Source: Nitrospira sp. (GTDB taxonomy: Bacteria; Nitrospirota; Nitrospiria; Nitrospirales; Nitrospiraceae). From it: 64,000 nucleotides of DNA. The notes below the pieces were generated by a model. That model was not told the DNA's origin. It saw nothing but the letters and a program-made list of their open reading frames with translations, and did not search any database. Shown in pieces: positions 1 to 9,913 of the stretch (positions within the stretch are counted from its first letter, which is position 1; each line of letters opens with the position of its first letter). A program made the translations under genes and the position numbers. The stretch is taken from positions 2,612-66,611 of the forward strand of contig DAOLIU010000001.1 in the NCBI GenBank assembly GCA_035328385.1, in the 5' to 3' direction.

Positions 1-1
1 G

Positions 2-2551
2 TACCGCGAGCTGAACCGGCAGGCCGACCGGGTCGCCCATGCATTGTTGGCCAGGGGAGCGGGACCGGAAACGGTCGTGGCACTTCTGGGCGATCGTGGC
101 GTGGACTTTCTCGCGATGCTGCTGGGAATTCTCAAGGCTGGGGCCGTCTATCTGCCGCTGGACGCTGGGCACCCCGATCATCGTCTGGCGCACATGCTCG
201 GCGAGAGCCGTGCCGCCTTGTTGCTGACCACGGAAAGCCACCGGCGGCGGATGAAGCCGGTGTTGGACGCACGTGCGGAGGGGGCAAGGCCGGCCTTGCT
301 CACGATGGAATGGATCCAGGGATCGGTGACGGCGGATCGCTATTCGAGCGCGCCGAGGCACGCGGCGGAAGCCGCCTACGTGATCTATACCTCGGGATCC
401 ACCGGTGTGCCCAAGGGCGCCATTGTCGAACATCGCGGGATGCTCAATCATTTGTGGGGGAAAATTTCGACCCTGCAATTGACGGCCGGCGACGTGATCG
501 CCCAGACCGCATCCCCATGCTTCGACATTTCCGTCTGGCAGTTCCTGGCTCCGCTCTTGTGCGGCGGACAGGTCTGTATCGTGCCCGATGAGATCGCCCA
601 CGATCCGGCGCGGCTGTTGCGCCACGCCGAGACCGCGGGGATCACGATTCTGGAAACCGTGCCGGCGCTCCTGCAGGGCCTGCTCGATGCAGCGGATCCC
701 GAGGCCGATCAGCGGCCGGAGCTCGGACGGCTGCGGATGGTCCTGCCCACGGGAGAGGCGTTGCCCGGTCCGCTGTGCCGGCGATGGCTCGCACGCTATC
801 CGTTGGTTCCGCTGGTCAATGCCTACGGTCCCGCGGAATGCGCGGACGACGTGACCCTGCACCGCATCACCGAGAGTCCGGACGAGCGCGACGCCTACAT
901 GCCGGTCGGCAGGCCCGTACCCAATCTTGAAGTGTATGTCTTGTCGCCCTCTCTCGCACCGGTGCCAATCGGAGTCGTGGGGGAGTTGTGCGTGGCGGGC
1001 GCCGGGGTCGGGCGAGGGTATCTGCGCAATCCGGCCAAGACGGCCGGCGTGTTCGTGCCCCATCCCTTCGGCAACGAACCGGGCGCCCGCCTGTATCGGA
1101 CCGGCGACATGGCCCGATATCTGTCCGACGGGACCGTCCAGTTTCTCGGCCGGATCGATCAGCAGGTGAAGGTGCGGGGCTTCAGGATCGAGCTGGGAGA
1201 AATCGAATCACAGTTGATGGAGCATCCGGACGTCCACGAGGCCGCGGTCGTGGCCAAGGCGGATGCCAGAGGAGACAAACGGCTCATCGCCTATGCCGCG
1301 GGCCGTGCCACCCGCGAAGTGCTCCGCGATTTCCTGCGCGAGCGGCTGCCCGACTACATGGTGCCGTCGGCGATCGTGATGCTGGAGTCATTGCCCCGCA
1401 ATGCCAACGGCAAGATCGATCGCCGTTCGTTGCCGGAGCCGACCGGGCGGGACCCGCAGCAGACGTTCGTGGCGCCTCGCACGGACGTGGAGGCGCAGCT
1501 CGCGCGTGAATGGGCCGAAGTGCTGGGTCTGCCGCAAGTGGGCGTTCACGACAACTTTTTCGATCTCGGCGGCCACTCGCTGACGGCGGTGCAGCTGGTC
1601 TCCCGCGTCCAACGGACGATCGGAACTCCGATCTCGCTGCTCGACCTCTTTCAAGCTCCTACCGTCGCAGGCTTGGCGGAACGGATTTTCGGTCCGACCG
1701 AGCCGAGCTCGTCCCCGCTGGTCGTGCTTCAGGAGGGACGCGGAGGCACGCCCCTGTTCTGCTTCGATCCCACCGGGACGCATGTGTCGGCCTATCAATC
1801 GCTCGCCTATGCCTTGGGGGAGGACCGACCGGTCTACGGATTGGCCTTGAGCTGGATCTTCGCTGAACCGTGGAATGCGTTGTCGCTCGATCTCGTCGGG
1901 GCGCGCTACTGCGCGCTCATCCGCGAACGGCAGCCGGAGGGGCCGTACCATCTGCTTGGATGGTCCAACGGCGGGGCCATCGCCCTGGCCGTGGCGCGGT
2001 TTCTCGAACAGCAGGGGCAACAGCCGGCTTTTCTCGGGATTCTCGATACGCAGCCCCAAATTGTCGTGGAATCCGGGCTCTCGGTCGGGGAAGAACTCCT
2101 CCATTATGTACAGGGAGACCGGAAGGAGCTGTTTCTGGCCCTGCCCGCCGCCGAGCGGCAGGCGCTCAAGGACGAGCTGGAACGGCTGGGTGAAGAGGAT
2201 CGGGTGGAGTATGCGATTCGATGGGCGCGGGACCGACGTCTGTTGTCCCGCGAGGAGTCCGACGCCTCGATGGCCGCGCTGAAAGTTGCCTATGCATTGG
2301 ATCGGGAGACGGCCAGAGTATTGCGCGCCGCGGCGCAAGATCCCCTGCGGACGCCGATTCACGCCTGGTGGACCAGCGCCACGTTGAGCAAGCGGGGAGG
2401 GGCGCCCGTCGATTGGACCGGCTGCACCAGCGGCCCGGTGGAAATCAAGACGATCGCCGGGGAACACATGGACGCGGTCCAGAGCATTCAGGTTCACCAG
2501 CAGATCAGCGAGATTCTCGCGCGACAGACGGAAGCCCGGCGGGAACGCTGA
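2..2551 (+). CDS. Non-ribosomal peptide synthetase, terminal module (adenylation - PCP - thioesterase); 5' end lies outside the window
   Basis: The reading frame is open from the window edge (YRELNRQADRV...). A-domain cores YTSGSTGVPKG, NAYGPAE, YRTGDMARY, GRIDQQVKVRGFRIELGEIE, NGKIDR. Carrier motif FFDLGGHSL. Thioesterase GWSNGG (GxSxG). Confidence 0.9.
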   Translation, partial: YRELNRQADRVAHALLARGAGPETVVALLGDRGVDFLAMLLGILKAGAVYLPLDAGHPDHRLAHMLGESRAALLLTTESHRRRMKPVLDARAEGARPALLTMEWIQGSVTADRYSSAPRHAAEAAYVIYTSGSTGVPKGAIVEHRGMLNHLWGKISTLQLTAGDVIAQTASPCFDISVWQFLAPLLCGGQVCIVPDEIAHDPARLLRHAETAGITILETVPALLQGLLDAADPEADQRPELGRLRMVLPTGEALPGPLCRRWLARYPLVPLVNAYGPAECADDVTLHRITESPDERDAYMPVGRPVPNLEVYVLSPSLAPVPIGVVGELCVAGAGVGRGYLRNPAKTAGVFVPHPFGNEPGARLYRTGDMARYLSDGTVQFLGRIDQQVKVRGFRIELGEIESQLMEHPDVHEAAVVAKADARGDKRLIAYAAGRATREVLRDFLRERLPDYMVPSAIVMLESLPRNANGKIDRRSLPEPTGRDPQQTFVAPRTDVEAQLAREWAEVLGLPQVGVHDNFFDLGGHSLTAVQLVSRVQRTIGTPISLLDLFQAPTVAGLAERIFGPTEPSSSPLVVLQEGRGGTPLFCFDPTGTHVSAYQSLAYALGEDRPVYGLALSWIFAEPWNALSLDLVGARYCALIRERQPEGPYHLLGWSNGGAIALAVARFLEQQGQQPAFLGILDTQPQIVVESGLSVGEELLHYVQGDRKELFLALPAAERQALKDELERLGEEDRVEYAIRWARDRRLLSREESDASMAALKVAYALDRETARVLRAAAQDPLRTPIHAWWTSATLSKRGGAPVDWTGCTSGPVEIKTIAGEHMDAVQSIQVHQQISEILARQTEARRER

Positions 2552-2616
2552 AGGCCGATCCGTCGTGTCACGACGGTCGAGGCAACGGACGCGCCAAGGG
2601 GTCTGAAAGGAGCCGC

Positions 2617-3387
2617 ATGGAGTTCAATCCCGATAGCAACGAGAAGCTCAAGATCGTGCTCAACACGTATCGGGTGTTTGGGTTCTGGGAGACGCTCAAG
2701 GAAATCATTCTTTATCTCCTCAGCCAGAAGCCGGCCGATGATTTCGACCGAAAGTACGGGGTTTCGACGTCGGAACAAGCGGAATCGTCGGAGGCGGGCA
2801 TTGCAGACGAGACGGCCAGGAGTCTGGCGGTCGCCTATGTGCCGTCGAGAGAGGTCGTCATCCGGCACATTCTGCAGCACACGACGAAGGGTCTCGACCT
2901 CAAAGAGTATTCCTTCATCGATCTGGGATGCGGCAAGGGACGCGCCTTGATCGTGGCCGCGCAATTGCCGTTCAAGGAAGTGATCGGCGTCGAGCTGTCT
3001 CCATTGCACAGCGAGGTGGCCGCGGCGAACATCGAGCGGTATCTGGCCGATCCGAAGCACATCGCCGCCTGCCGGAACGTGCGGGTGAATTGCGCCAATG
3101 CGGTCGACTTCGAGTTCCCCGAGAGCGATGTGCTCATATACATGTACCGGCCGTTCCTCGGGCCGGTCTTCCGGGGCGTGGCCGACAACCTGCGCCGGTT
3201 CCAAGCGACGACCGGGCGCCGCGTCTTGATCGCCTATTCCTGTCCGGTCGAGGAACTGATGCTCGGACAGTATGCGGGATTCGTCAAACGGACGGAATAT
3301 CAAGTCATCTCCATGGACTATTCCTGGAGCTTGTGGGAGTGCCGCGCCCAGGGGGAACCGGTGCTCTCGGTGAGCCGGGCTGATTGA
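2617..3387 (+). CDS. Class I SAM-dependent methyltransferase
   Basis: ATG at 2617 is preceded by GAAAGGAG. Motif I is IDLGCGKGRALIVAA. The longer ORF from 2221 overlaps the NRPS 3' end and is Arg/Gly-rich, so the internal start is preferred. Confidence 0.7.
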   Translation: MEFNPDSNEKLKIVLNTYRVFGFWETLKEIILYLLSQKPADDFDRKYGVSTSEQAESSEAGIADETARSLAVAYVPSREVVIRHILQHTTKGLDLKEYSFIDLGCGKGRALIVAAQLPFKEVIGVELSPLHSEVAAANIERYLADPKHIAACRNVRVNCANAVDFEFPESDVLIYMYRPFLGPVFRGVADNLRRFQATTGRRVLIAYSCPVEELMLGQYAGFVKRTEYQVISMDYSWSLWECRAQGEPVLSVSRAD

Positions 3388-3557
3388 CCGCGCCTGCAGG
3401 GCTCGGGCCGTTCCTGCCGTTCTTGTGGTGAGCGGGGAGCCGGCCAGGACCGGGGCGCCGCTCGCTGGTCGATCCGTTGCATTTGACGAAAGAATGGGCT
3501 CACAATGCGCCATGAATCGCGGGCTGGTCCGCGATTCGCGCGAATTGATCGGTAGCG

Positions 3558-4616
3558 ATGAATCTAAAGGGATTGTCGATTGTCTTCGTGGTGGCGGCAC
3601 TGGCGGTCGTTCTGGTCGTGCGCCTGTGGGACCGCTCCGGCGACGAGTCGGCGGTTGCGCGGGAACCCTCGAGCAAGTCGATGCTGGTCGAGATGTCCCA
3701 GGCCACGGTCGGTGCCATCAACGAATCGATTCAGGCGGTCGGGACCCTGCAGGCGATCGCCTCGATCACGATCCGGCCCGAGATTCCCGGCATCATTCGG
3801 AAGATTCATTTTTCGGACGGACAATTGGTCGACCGCCTGGCGCCGCTCGTGGAGCTGGATCAGGAAGAGCTGCAGGCGCAGGCCAGCCAGGCCGTGGCCC
3901 AGGAACGGCTTGCACAACTGACGTATGAGCGGCTCAAACGGCTGTCGGCGCAGCAGACCACCATCGTGCCGGCTCAGCAGGTGGACGAAGCGCGCCTCGC
4001 CCTGCAAGCCGCGGCGGCCAACAGCGTGTTGTTCGGCACCCGCTTGAAGAAGACCATGATCAAGGCGCCGTTTGCCGGGACGGTAGGATTGCGCCGTGTC
4101 TCGGTCGGCGACTACGTGCAGCCGGGGCAGGACCTGGTCAATCTCGAAGACCTGCAGACGCTGCACGTGGACTTCAAGGTGCCGGAGGTGTGGCTGAGCC
4201 GGCTGTCCATCGATCAGGCCGTCGGCGTCGTCACCGACGCGTTTCCCGGGCTGACTTTTCATGGCACGGTGACGGCCATCGATCCGCGGGTCGATTCGGT
4301 GAACCGGACCGTCGCGGTGAGAGCGGTCGTGCCGAATCCGGACGGCCGGCTTCGTCCCGGGTTGTTCGCCACGGTCAGCGTGATGCTCGGTCAGGATCCC
4401 CGCGCGGTGCTCATCCCGGAGGAAGCCGTGTTCGTGCAGCGCGACCGGACGATGGTGTACCGCGTGCAGGACGGCACCGCCCGCCTGGCCGAACTGGTGA
4501 CCGGCGCCCACGAACGGGGGATGGTGCAGGTGAAGGAAGGCCTTTCGGCCGGCGACTATGTCGTGCGCGCCGGCACCCATAAACTTCATGACGGCATGGC
4601 CGTCGTAGCCAAATGA
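3558..4616 (+). CDS. Efflux RND transporter periplasmic adaptor (membrane fusion protein)
   Basis: N-terminal membrane anchor, coiled-coil/lipoyl/beta-barrel-type sequence typical of MFPs, and position directly upstream of an RND permease. Confidence 0.85.
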   Translation: MNLKGLSIVFVVAALAVVLVVRLWDRSGDESAVAREPSSKSMLVEMSQATVGAINESIQAVGTLQAIASITIRPEIPGIIRKIHFSDGQLVDRLAPLVELDQEELQAQASQAVAQERLAQLTYERLKRLSAQQTTIVPAQQVDEARLALQAAAANSVLFGTRLKKTMIKAPFAGTVGLRRVSVGDYVQPGQDLVNLEDLQTLHVDFKVPEVWLSRLSIDQAVGVVTDAFPGLTFHGTVTAIDPRVDSVNRTVAVRAVVPNPDGRLRPGLFATVSVMLGQDPRAVLIPEEAVFVQRDRTMVYRVQDGTARLAELVTGAHERGMVQVKEGLSAGDYVVRAGTHKLHDGMAVVAK

Positions 4617-4674
4617 CCATCCGGAGACGAAGGCCCTAGCGGTCCAGACGGTCTTTCCCGTCGTTCACACCCAC

Positions 4675-7600
4675 ATGCGTCTTTCAACCCTCTCAATTCA
4701 CCGGCCCGTCTTTGCGGTCGTCATGACCCTGTTGCTGGTGCTCTTCGGCGTCTTGAGCTACCTGCGGCTCGACGTCCGCGAATATCCCGACATCAAGCCG
4801 CCGATCGTCTCGGTCCGGACCGTCTATCCGGGTGCGGGGGCGTCTGTGATCGAAACGAACGTGACGACCACGCTCGAGGACGTGCTCAGCGGGATCCAGG
4901 GACTGCGATCGATTACGTCCAACAGTCGGGAAGAGGTTTCGACGGTGACGTTGGAGTTCAACCTCGACCGCAACCTCGACTCCGCCGCCAACGACGTCCG
5001 CGACCGCATCAGCTCGGTCCGGTCCCTGCTTCCGCTGGGCATTCAGGAACCTCTCGTCTTCAAGGCGGCTTCGGACGGCACCGAGGTGGTGTGGCTCGCG
5101 GTCGCGAGCGAGCGGCATTCCGAACTCGAGATTACCGACATCGCGGATCGTTTCATCAAGCCCAGGCTCGTGATCATCCCCGGCGTTTCGACCGTGTTCA
5201 TGGACGGGGAGCGACGCTATGCCATGCGCATCTGGCTGGACCCGGGGATGCTGGCGGCGCGGCGGCTCACGGTTCAGGACGTGGAGGAAGCGCTGCGTGC
5301 CCAGAACGCGTCGATTCCGTCTGGACGCATCGAAAGCGACCGTATGGAATTCGGCGTCTCGCTGAAGGGTACGCTGCAGACCGAGGGCCAATTCGGGGAT
5401 TTGATCGTGGCCTATCGGGACGGCTATCCCGTCAGAATCCGCGACGTGGCCCGCGTGGAGTTGGCGGCGGAGGATACGCGCAAATTGAGCCGGATCAACG
5501 GGGTGCCCTGTATCGGGGTGGCCGTCATGAAACAGTCGAAGGCCAACGCGCTCACGGTCGCACGGGCGGTGAAGGAGCGGTTGCCCGAGATCGCGGCTTC
5601 GCTGCCGGACGGCATCGAGCTGACGGTGGCGTGGGACAGTACCGTCTCCATCGAACACTCCCTTCATGAAGTCTACGTCGCGCTGGGCATTTCGCTGGTC
5701 TTGGTCACGCTGGTCATTTTCGGTTTCCTGGGAAACGCGCGGGCGACGCTGGTCCCGGCGGTGGCCATTCCGGCCTCCATCATCGGCACGTTCACGGTGA
5801 TGGCCCTCACCGGGTGCTCCCTGAACGTACTGACCCTGCTGGCGTTGGTGTTGGCGGTCGGTCTGGTGGTCGACGACGCGATCATCGTGCTCGAGAACAT
5901 CCACCGGCGCATGGCCGAAGGCATGCCGGGCATCCAGGCGGCAGTGGAAGGAACCAAAGAGATTTCGTTCGCCGTAATCGCCACGACGATCTCGTTGGTG
6001 ACGGTGTTCATCCCCATTGCGTTTCTCACCGGGATCGTGGGTCGTTTGTTTGCCGAGTTGGCCATCGCGGTGGCGTCGGCCGTGCTGCTGTCGGGATTCG
6101 TCGCACTCACCTTGACGCCCATGATGACCGGCCGACTGGCACGGACGACCGGTGAGCCGTCCGGCCGGACGGCCGGGGAGCGGGGATGGGGACGGGTGAT
6201 GGGCGTGTACCGGCGGGGACTCGTCCGCGCCATGGAGGTGCACGTGGCGGTGCTCGTGGTCGGCGTGGGTGCCAGCCTTGGCAGCCTGTTGATCATGCTG
6301 CATCTGCCCTCCGAGCTGGCCCCGATGGAGGACGTGGGGTGGTTCGCCGGGCATCTCACGGCTCCGCAAGGGGCGACCATTCGCTACACGGACGCCTATG
6401 CGCAGGAACTGGAAGCCATGATCAAGAGGATTCCGGAGGTAGACACGATCTACACCGTCGTGGGCCGCGGCGACCGGCCGACCGTCGTGAACCGCGCCGG
6501 AAGCTGGGTGACCCTCAAGGATTGGAGTGACCGATCGCGCTCGCAACAGGAGATCGTGTCCGAACTGAACGTGCTGATGCCGCAGTTGGCCGGAGTGAAG
6601 GCGTTTTTGATGAATCCGCCGCCGATCAGCGAAGGATCGGAAAAGGCCTCGTTCCAGTTCGTCATCGGCGGCGTGGACTATCAGGAATTGGAGCGGACCG
6701 CGAAGACCTTTCTCGCGAAGCTGTCGGAGCATCCGGGCTTCGTCGCGCCGGAAATCGACCTCATGCTGGACAAGCCCCACCTGACCGTCGAGGCGCATCG
6801 CTCGAAGGCGGCGGATCTCGGCGTGTCCGTGACGGTGATCGGCCGCACGCTCGAAACGCTGCTCAGCGGGCGTGCGGTGAGCACATTTTCGCGGAACGGG
6901 CGGCAGTACAACGTGATCGTCAAGGTGGACGACCGTCACCGGGAAAAGCCGTCGGACATCAGCGATCTCTACGTGCGGGGCAACGGGGAGGATTTTGTGC
7001 AATTGAGCAACGTGGTGAGCGTCAAGGAGGAGGCGGCTCCCGAATCACTCAACCACGTGGACCGCATGCGGGCCGTCATGCTCAGCGCCGGACTGGCCGA
7101 CGGCTTCACCATGGGGGATGCCCTGGCCTATGTCGAGCGCGAAGCCAAAAGCATGGCGAACGCGGGCATGCGCGTCACCTATGCCGGGGAAGCCAAAGAA
7201 TATGCCGAGAGCAACCGCAACATGTACTTCACGTTCGGACTCGCCTTGGCGGTCATCTATCTCGTGCTGTCGGCCCAGTTCGAAAGCTTCCGCGATCCCT
7301 TGACGATCCTGCTGGCCGTGCCGCCCGCGGTGACCGGCGGCCTGGTCGCGCTGTTCCTGACCAAGGGCACGCTCAGCATTTACAGCCAGATCGGGCTCGT
7401 GATTTTGATCGGCCTGGTGAGCAAGAACGCCATCCTGATCGTCGAGTTCGCCAACCAGCTGCGCGAGCGGGGGATGGACCGCGTGGACGCCGTGATCGAA
7501 GCGGCGACGCTGCGGCTGCGTCCCATTCTCATGACGACGAGCGCGACGATCCTGGGCGCGCTCCCGCTGGCTTTGGCGGCCGGCGCGGGGGCGGTCGGCC

Positions 7601-7776
7601 GGCGGCAAATCGGCGTCGTGTTGATCGGTGGACTCGTGGTGTCCACGATCGTGACCCTGTTCCTGGTTCCGGCCGGCTATGCCATCGTCTCCAGCAGGAG
7701 AAAGGCCTGGAGCGGCGAGGAAAGGGAGCGGCGGGAGTCGGCGGGCGCTAGTCTTTTACCGTCACGGTCATCGTGA
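4675..7776 (+). CDS. RND efflux permease (AcrB/HAE1-like), 1033 aa
   Basis: Length and 12-TM/large-loop layout. Start MRLSTLSIHRPVFAVVMTLLL and many AcrB-family stretches (VVDDAIIVLENI, SKNAILIVEFAN). Confidence 0.9.
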   Translation: MRLSTLSIHRPVFAVVMTLLLVLFGVLSYLRLDVREYPDIKPPIVSVRTVYPGAGASVIETNVTTTLEDVLSGIQGLRSITSNSREEVSTVTLEFNLDRNLDSAANDVRDRISSVRSLLPLGIQEPLVFKAASDGTEVVWLAVASERHSELEITDIADRFIKPRLVIIPGVSTVFMDGERRYAMRIWLDPGMLAARRLTVQDVEEALRAQNASIPSGRIESDRMEFGVSLKGTLQTEGQFGDLIVAYRDGYPVRIRDVARVELAAEDTRKLSRINGVPCIGVAVMKQSKANALTVARAVKERLPEIAASLPDGIELTVAWDSTVSIEHSLHEVYVALGISLVLVTLVIFGFLGNARATLVPAVAIPASIIGTFTVMALTGCSLNVLTLLALVLAVGLVVDDAIIVLENIHRRMAEGMPGIQAAVEGTKEISFAVIATTISLVTVFIPIAFLTGIVGRLFAELAIAVASAVLLSGFVALTLTPMMTGRLARTTGEPSGRTAGERGWGRVMGVYRRGLVRAMEVHVAVLVVGVGASLGSLLIMLHLPSELAPMEDVGWFAGHLTAPQGATIRYTDAYAQELEAMIKRIPEVDTIYTVVGRGDRPTVVNRAGSWVTLKDWSDRSRSQQEIVSELNVLMPQLAGVKAFLMNPPPISEGSEKASFQFVIGGVDYQELERTAKTFLAKLSEHPGFVAPEIDLMLDKPHLTVEAHRSKAADLGVSVTVIGRTLETLLSGRAVSTFSRNGRQYNVIVKVDDRHREKPSDISDLYVRGNGEDFVQLSNVVSVKEEAAPESLNHVDRMRAVMLSAGLADGFTMGDALAYVEREAKSMANAGMRVTYAGEAKEYAESNRNMYFTFGLALAVIYLVLSAQFESFRDPLTILLAVPPAVTGGLVALFLTKGTLSIYSQIGLVILIGLVSKNAILIVEFANQLRERGMDRVDAVIEAATLRLRPILMTTSATILGALPLALAAGAGAVGRRQIGVVLIGGLVVSTIVTLFLVPAGYAIVSSRRKAWSGEERERRESAGASLLPSRSS

Positions 7777-8263
7777 CCGGCTCGAGCGGATTGTCGAATT
7801 CGTCGCGCGGAAGCGCGGCGATCTTGTCGATCACGTCCAATCCTCGAAACACTTCCCCGAAAATACTGTAGCGGCGGTCGAGTCCGCTGTTGTCGGCCAG
7901 GCAGATGAAAAACTGCGATCCGTTGTCGTTGAAGTCGCGGGTGCTGCTGCCGTCGCGCGGCGTCTTCGCCATGGAGACGGCGCCACGCTTGTGCGGCCGG
8001 TCGCTCAACTCGGGATTCAGCCAGTAGCCCGGTCCGCCCGAGCCGTGGCTGCGGCGTTCTCCGGTCTTGCTCAGCGGATCGCCGCCTTGAATGACGAAGC
8101 CCGGGACGATCCGGTGAAACGTGGTCCCGTCGAAGAATCCCATTTTCGCCAGATTCATAAAGTTTTCGACGTGCCGCGGGGCGGCGTCGGGATAAAAGCG
8201 GATCTTGATCTCGCCGAACTTGGTCGTGATCGTGGCCCGGGGATCGATCTTCTTGAATTCCAT
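7748..8263 (-). CDS. Cyclophilin-type peptidyl-prolyl cis-trans isomerase
   Basis: FHRIVPGFVIQGGDP motif. Start moved to MEFKKIDP (ATG 8263) because the upstream extension is low-complexity. The 3' end overlaps the RND gene convergently. Confidence 0.85.
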   Translation of the reverse strand: MEFKKIDPRATITTKFGEIKIRFYPDAAPRHVENFMNLAKMGFFDGTTFHRIVPGFVIQGGDPLSKTGERRSHGSGGPGYWLNPELSDRPHKRGAVSMAKTPRDGSSTRDFNDNGSQFFICLADNSGLDRRYSIFGEVFRGLDVIDKIAALPRDEFDNPLEPVTMTVTVKD

Positions 8264-8375
8264 CGTCACGGGCCGAATGTAACAAGCCGGTCTTGCCGGA
8301 GGCAAGCCCGGCAATAAATAATTGTGAGTTGTGAATTTTGAGTGCCTGGTTTTCGGCCGGGATAGTTTCGAACGC

Positions 8376-9677
8376 TCACGATTCAACACTGTGCTCCCGC
8401 AGCCCCTCCCCCGGCTTGATCCTGAGCCACAGAGCGGCGCCGGTGAAGGCCACGAAACCGGCTGCGGCGAGCGAGACGGGCCAGCCCCAGTAGCCTGCGA
8501 TCCAGGGCGTGAGGACCGGTGAGATCGCCCCGCCGACGTTCGCGCCGGTATTCATGAGGCCCGACAACGTACCGGCATGGGCCTTGGACAGGTCGGTCGT
8601 GGAAGCCCAATAGGCGCCGACGGTGAAGTAGAGGCAGCCGGCGCCGGCGGACAGGCTCGCGATTGCGAGCAAGGGGGAGGCGGCGAAGCCCCCGGCGATG
8701 ATCGCGCATCCGGCCGCCGCCATGCCGCCGATTCCCGCGATCGCCCGTCCGGCCGTCACGCCGTAACGCGCGGCCAAACGATCGGTGACCCAACCGCCCG
8801 CCGGACAGCCGATCAGCATGGCCAGAAACGGGGCGGCGCCGTAGAGCCCGCCGCGCAGCACGTCGAATCCCCGCACGTTTACGAGGTACAGGTAGAACCA
8901 GGACAGGTAGAGATAGGCCACGTAGCCGAGGCAGGTGTAGCTGAGCACCAGCCACCACACCGTGGGCGTCCGAAGCAATCGGCGCCAGGGCACGGCATTG
9001 CCGGACTGCAGCTGCGGCGGCTGTCCCGCCTGGCCGTTCGTCGCCCCGTGCGCGGCCCACGGATGCTCGTCCGGATGGTTGCGGGCCAGCGTCCACCAGA
9101 GCAGCGCCATGACCAAGCCGACCGCCGCAGAGAGATAGAAGACGATCTGCCAGCCCCAATTGACCATCACCCAGGCGGCGATGGGGGGCGTAATAGCTGA
9201 GCCCAGGCCGATGCCGCCGATGGCGATGCCGATCCCGATCCCGCGCGCGCCGGCCGGCATCCAATTGGCGACGGCGCGATTGAAGCAGGGGAGGGCCACC
9301 GCTTCACCGACGCCGAGCATGAACCGCGCGGCGACGAGCGCGCCGAGAATTCCGGCGACGTCGGCCAAGACCGAAGTCGCCGCCATGGCGGTGAAGGCCG
9401 AGCAGACCGACCACCAGAGCAGCGCGGCGGTGAGGACCGCCCTTGCGCCCCACCGGTCGGCCAGCCATCCGCCCGGAAGCTGAAAGAGCGCATAGCCGGC
9501 CACGAAGGCGGAAAACACCCAGCCCATGTCCTGATCGGTCAGCCCGAACGCGGGCATCATGTGCCGGGCCGTGACGGAGATATTCACGCGATCGATGTAG
9601 GTCACGACGCTGGTGAGAAACAGCAGTCCCAGAATGAGCCAGCGGATCGGCGTCGCAGTGGTGGAATGTCTGTTCAC
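8376..9677 (-). CDS. MFS transporter
   Basis: About 12 hydrophobic segments; MFS loop motif LPGGWLADRWGAR. Confidence 0.8.
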   Translation of the reverse strand: MNRHSTTATPIRWLILGLLFLTSVVTYIDRVNISVTARHMMPAFGLTDQDMGWVFSAFVAGYALFQLPGGWLADRWGARAVLTAALLWWSVCSAFTAMAATSVLADVAGILGALVAARFMLGVGEAVALPCFNRAVANWMPAGARGIGIGIAIGGIGLGSAITPPIAAWVMVNWGWQIVFYLSAAVGLVMALLWWTLARNHPDEHPWAAHGATNGQAGQPPQLQSGNAVPWRRLLRTPTVWWLVLSYTCLGYVAYLYLSWFYLYLVNVRGFDVLRGGLYGAAPFLAMLIGCPAGGWVTDRLAARYGVTAGRAIAGIGGMAAAGCAIIAGGFAASPLLAIASLSAGAGCLYFTVGAYWASTTDLSKAHAGTLSGLMNTGANVGGAISPVLTPWIAGYWGWPVSLAAAGFVAFTGAALWLRIKPGEGLREHSVES

Positions 9678-9913
9678 GTGTCGGTCCGTCCGCCGGCCGG
9701 GCGGGCGCCGGATTATACCGGCCCGGCGGTGGTTGCACCAGGAAATTTCTCGGGGCGAAGGCGAAAATTCTCAAGTTCGACGCGGACTTGGTGGATTTCT
9801 TGGACGGCGTCCGGTAAGATGATTCCAGTCTCGCATGAGTCGTGCGCAGCCTGCCGCGACGCGAGCGGAACGGATCTAGCCGACGTATCCCAGCCGGATT
9901 TCTGGAGAACTGA

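Noticed and set aside
4693-7002. Very long antisense ORFs: 4693-7002 (-) in the RND gene, 9713-12529 (-) in the AsmA-like gene, 46103-48853 (-) in ppdK, 55365-57443 (+) in acs, 27535-29766 (+) in the kinase gene, and 43441-45600 (-) in glyS.
   Set aside because: Each lies fully inside a gene with clear family motifs on the other strand. Their translations are Arg/Gly/Pro/His/Asp-rich low-complexity strings with no recognisable motifs, the expected artefact of scarce stop codons in G+C-rich DNA.
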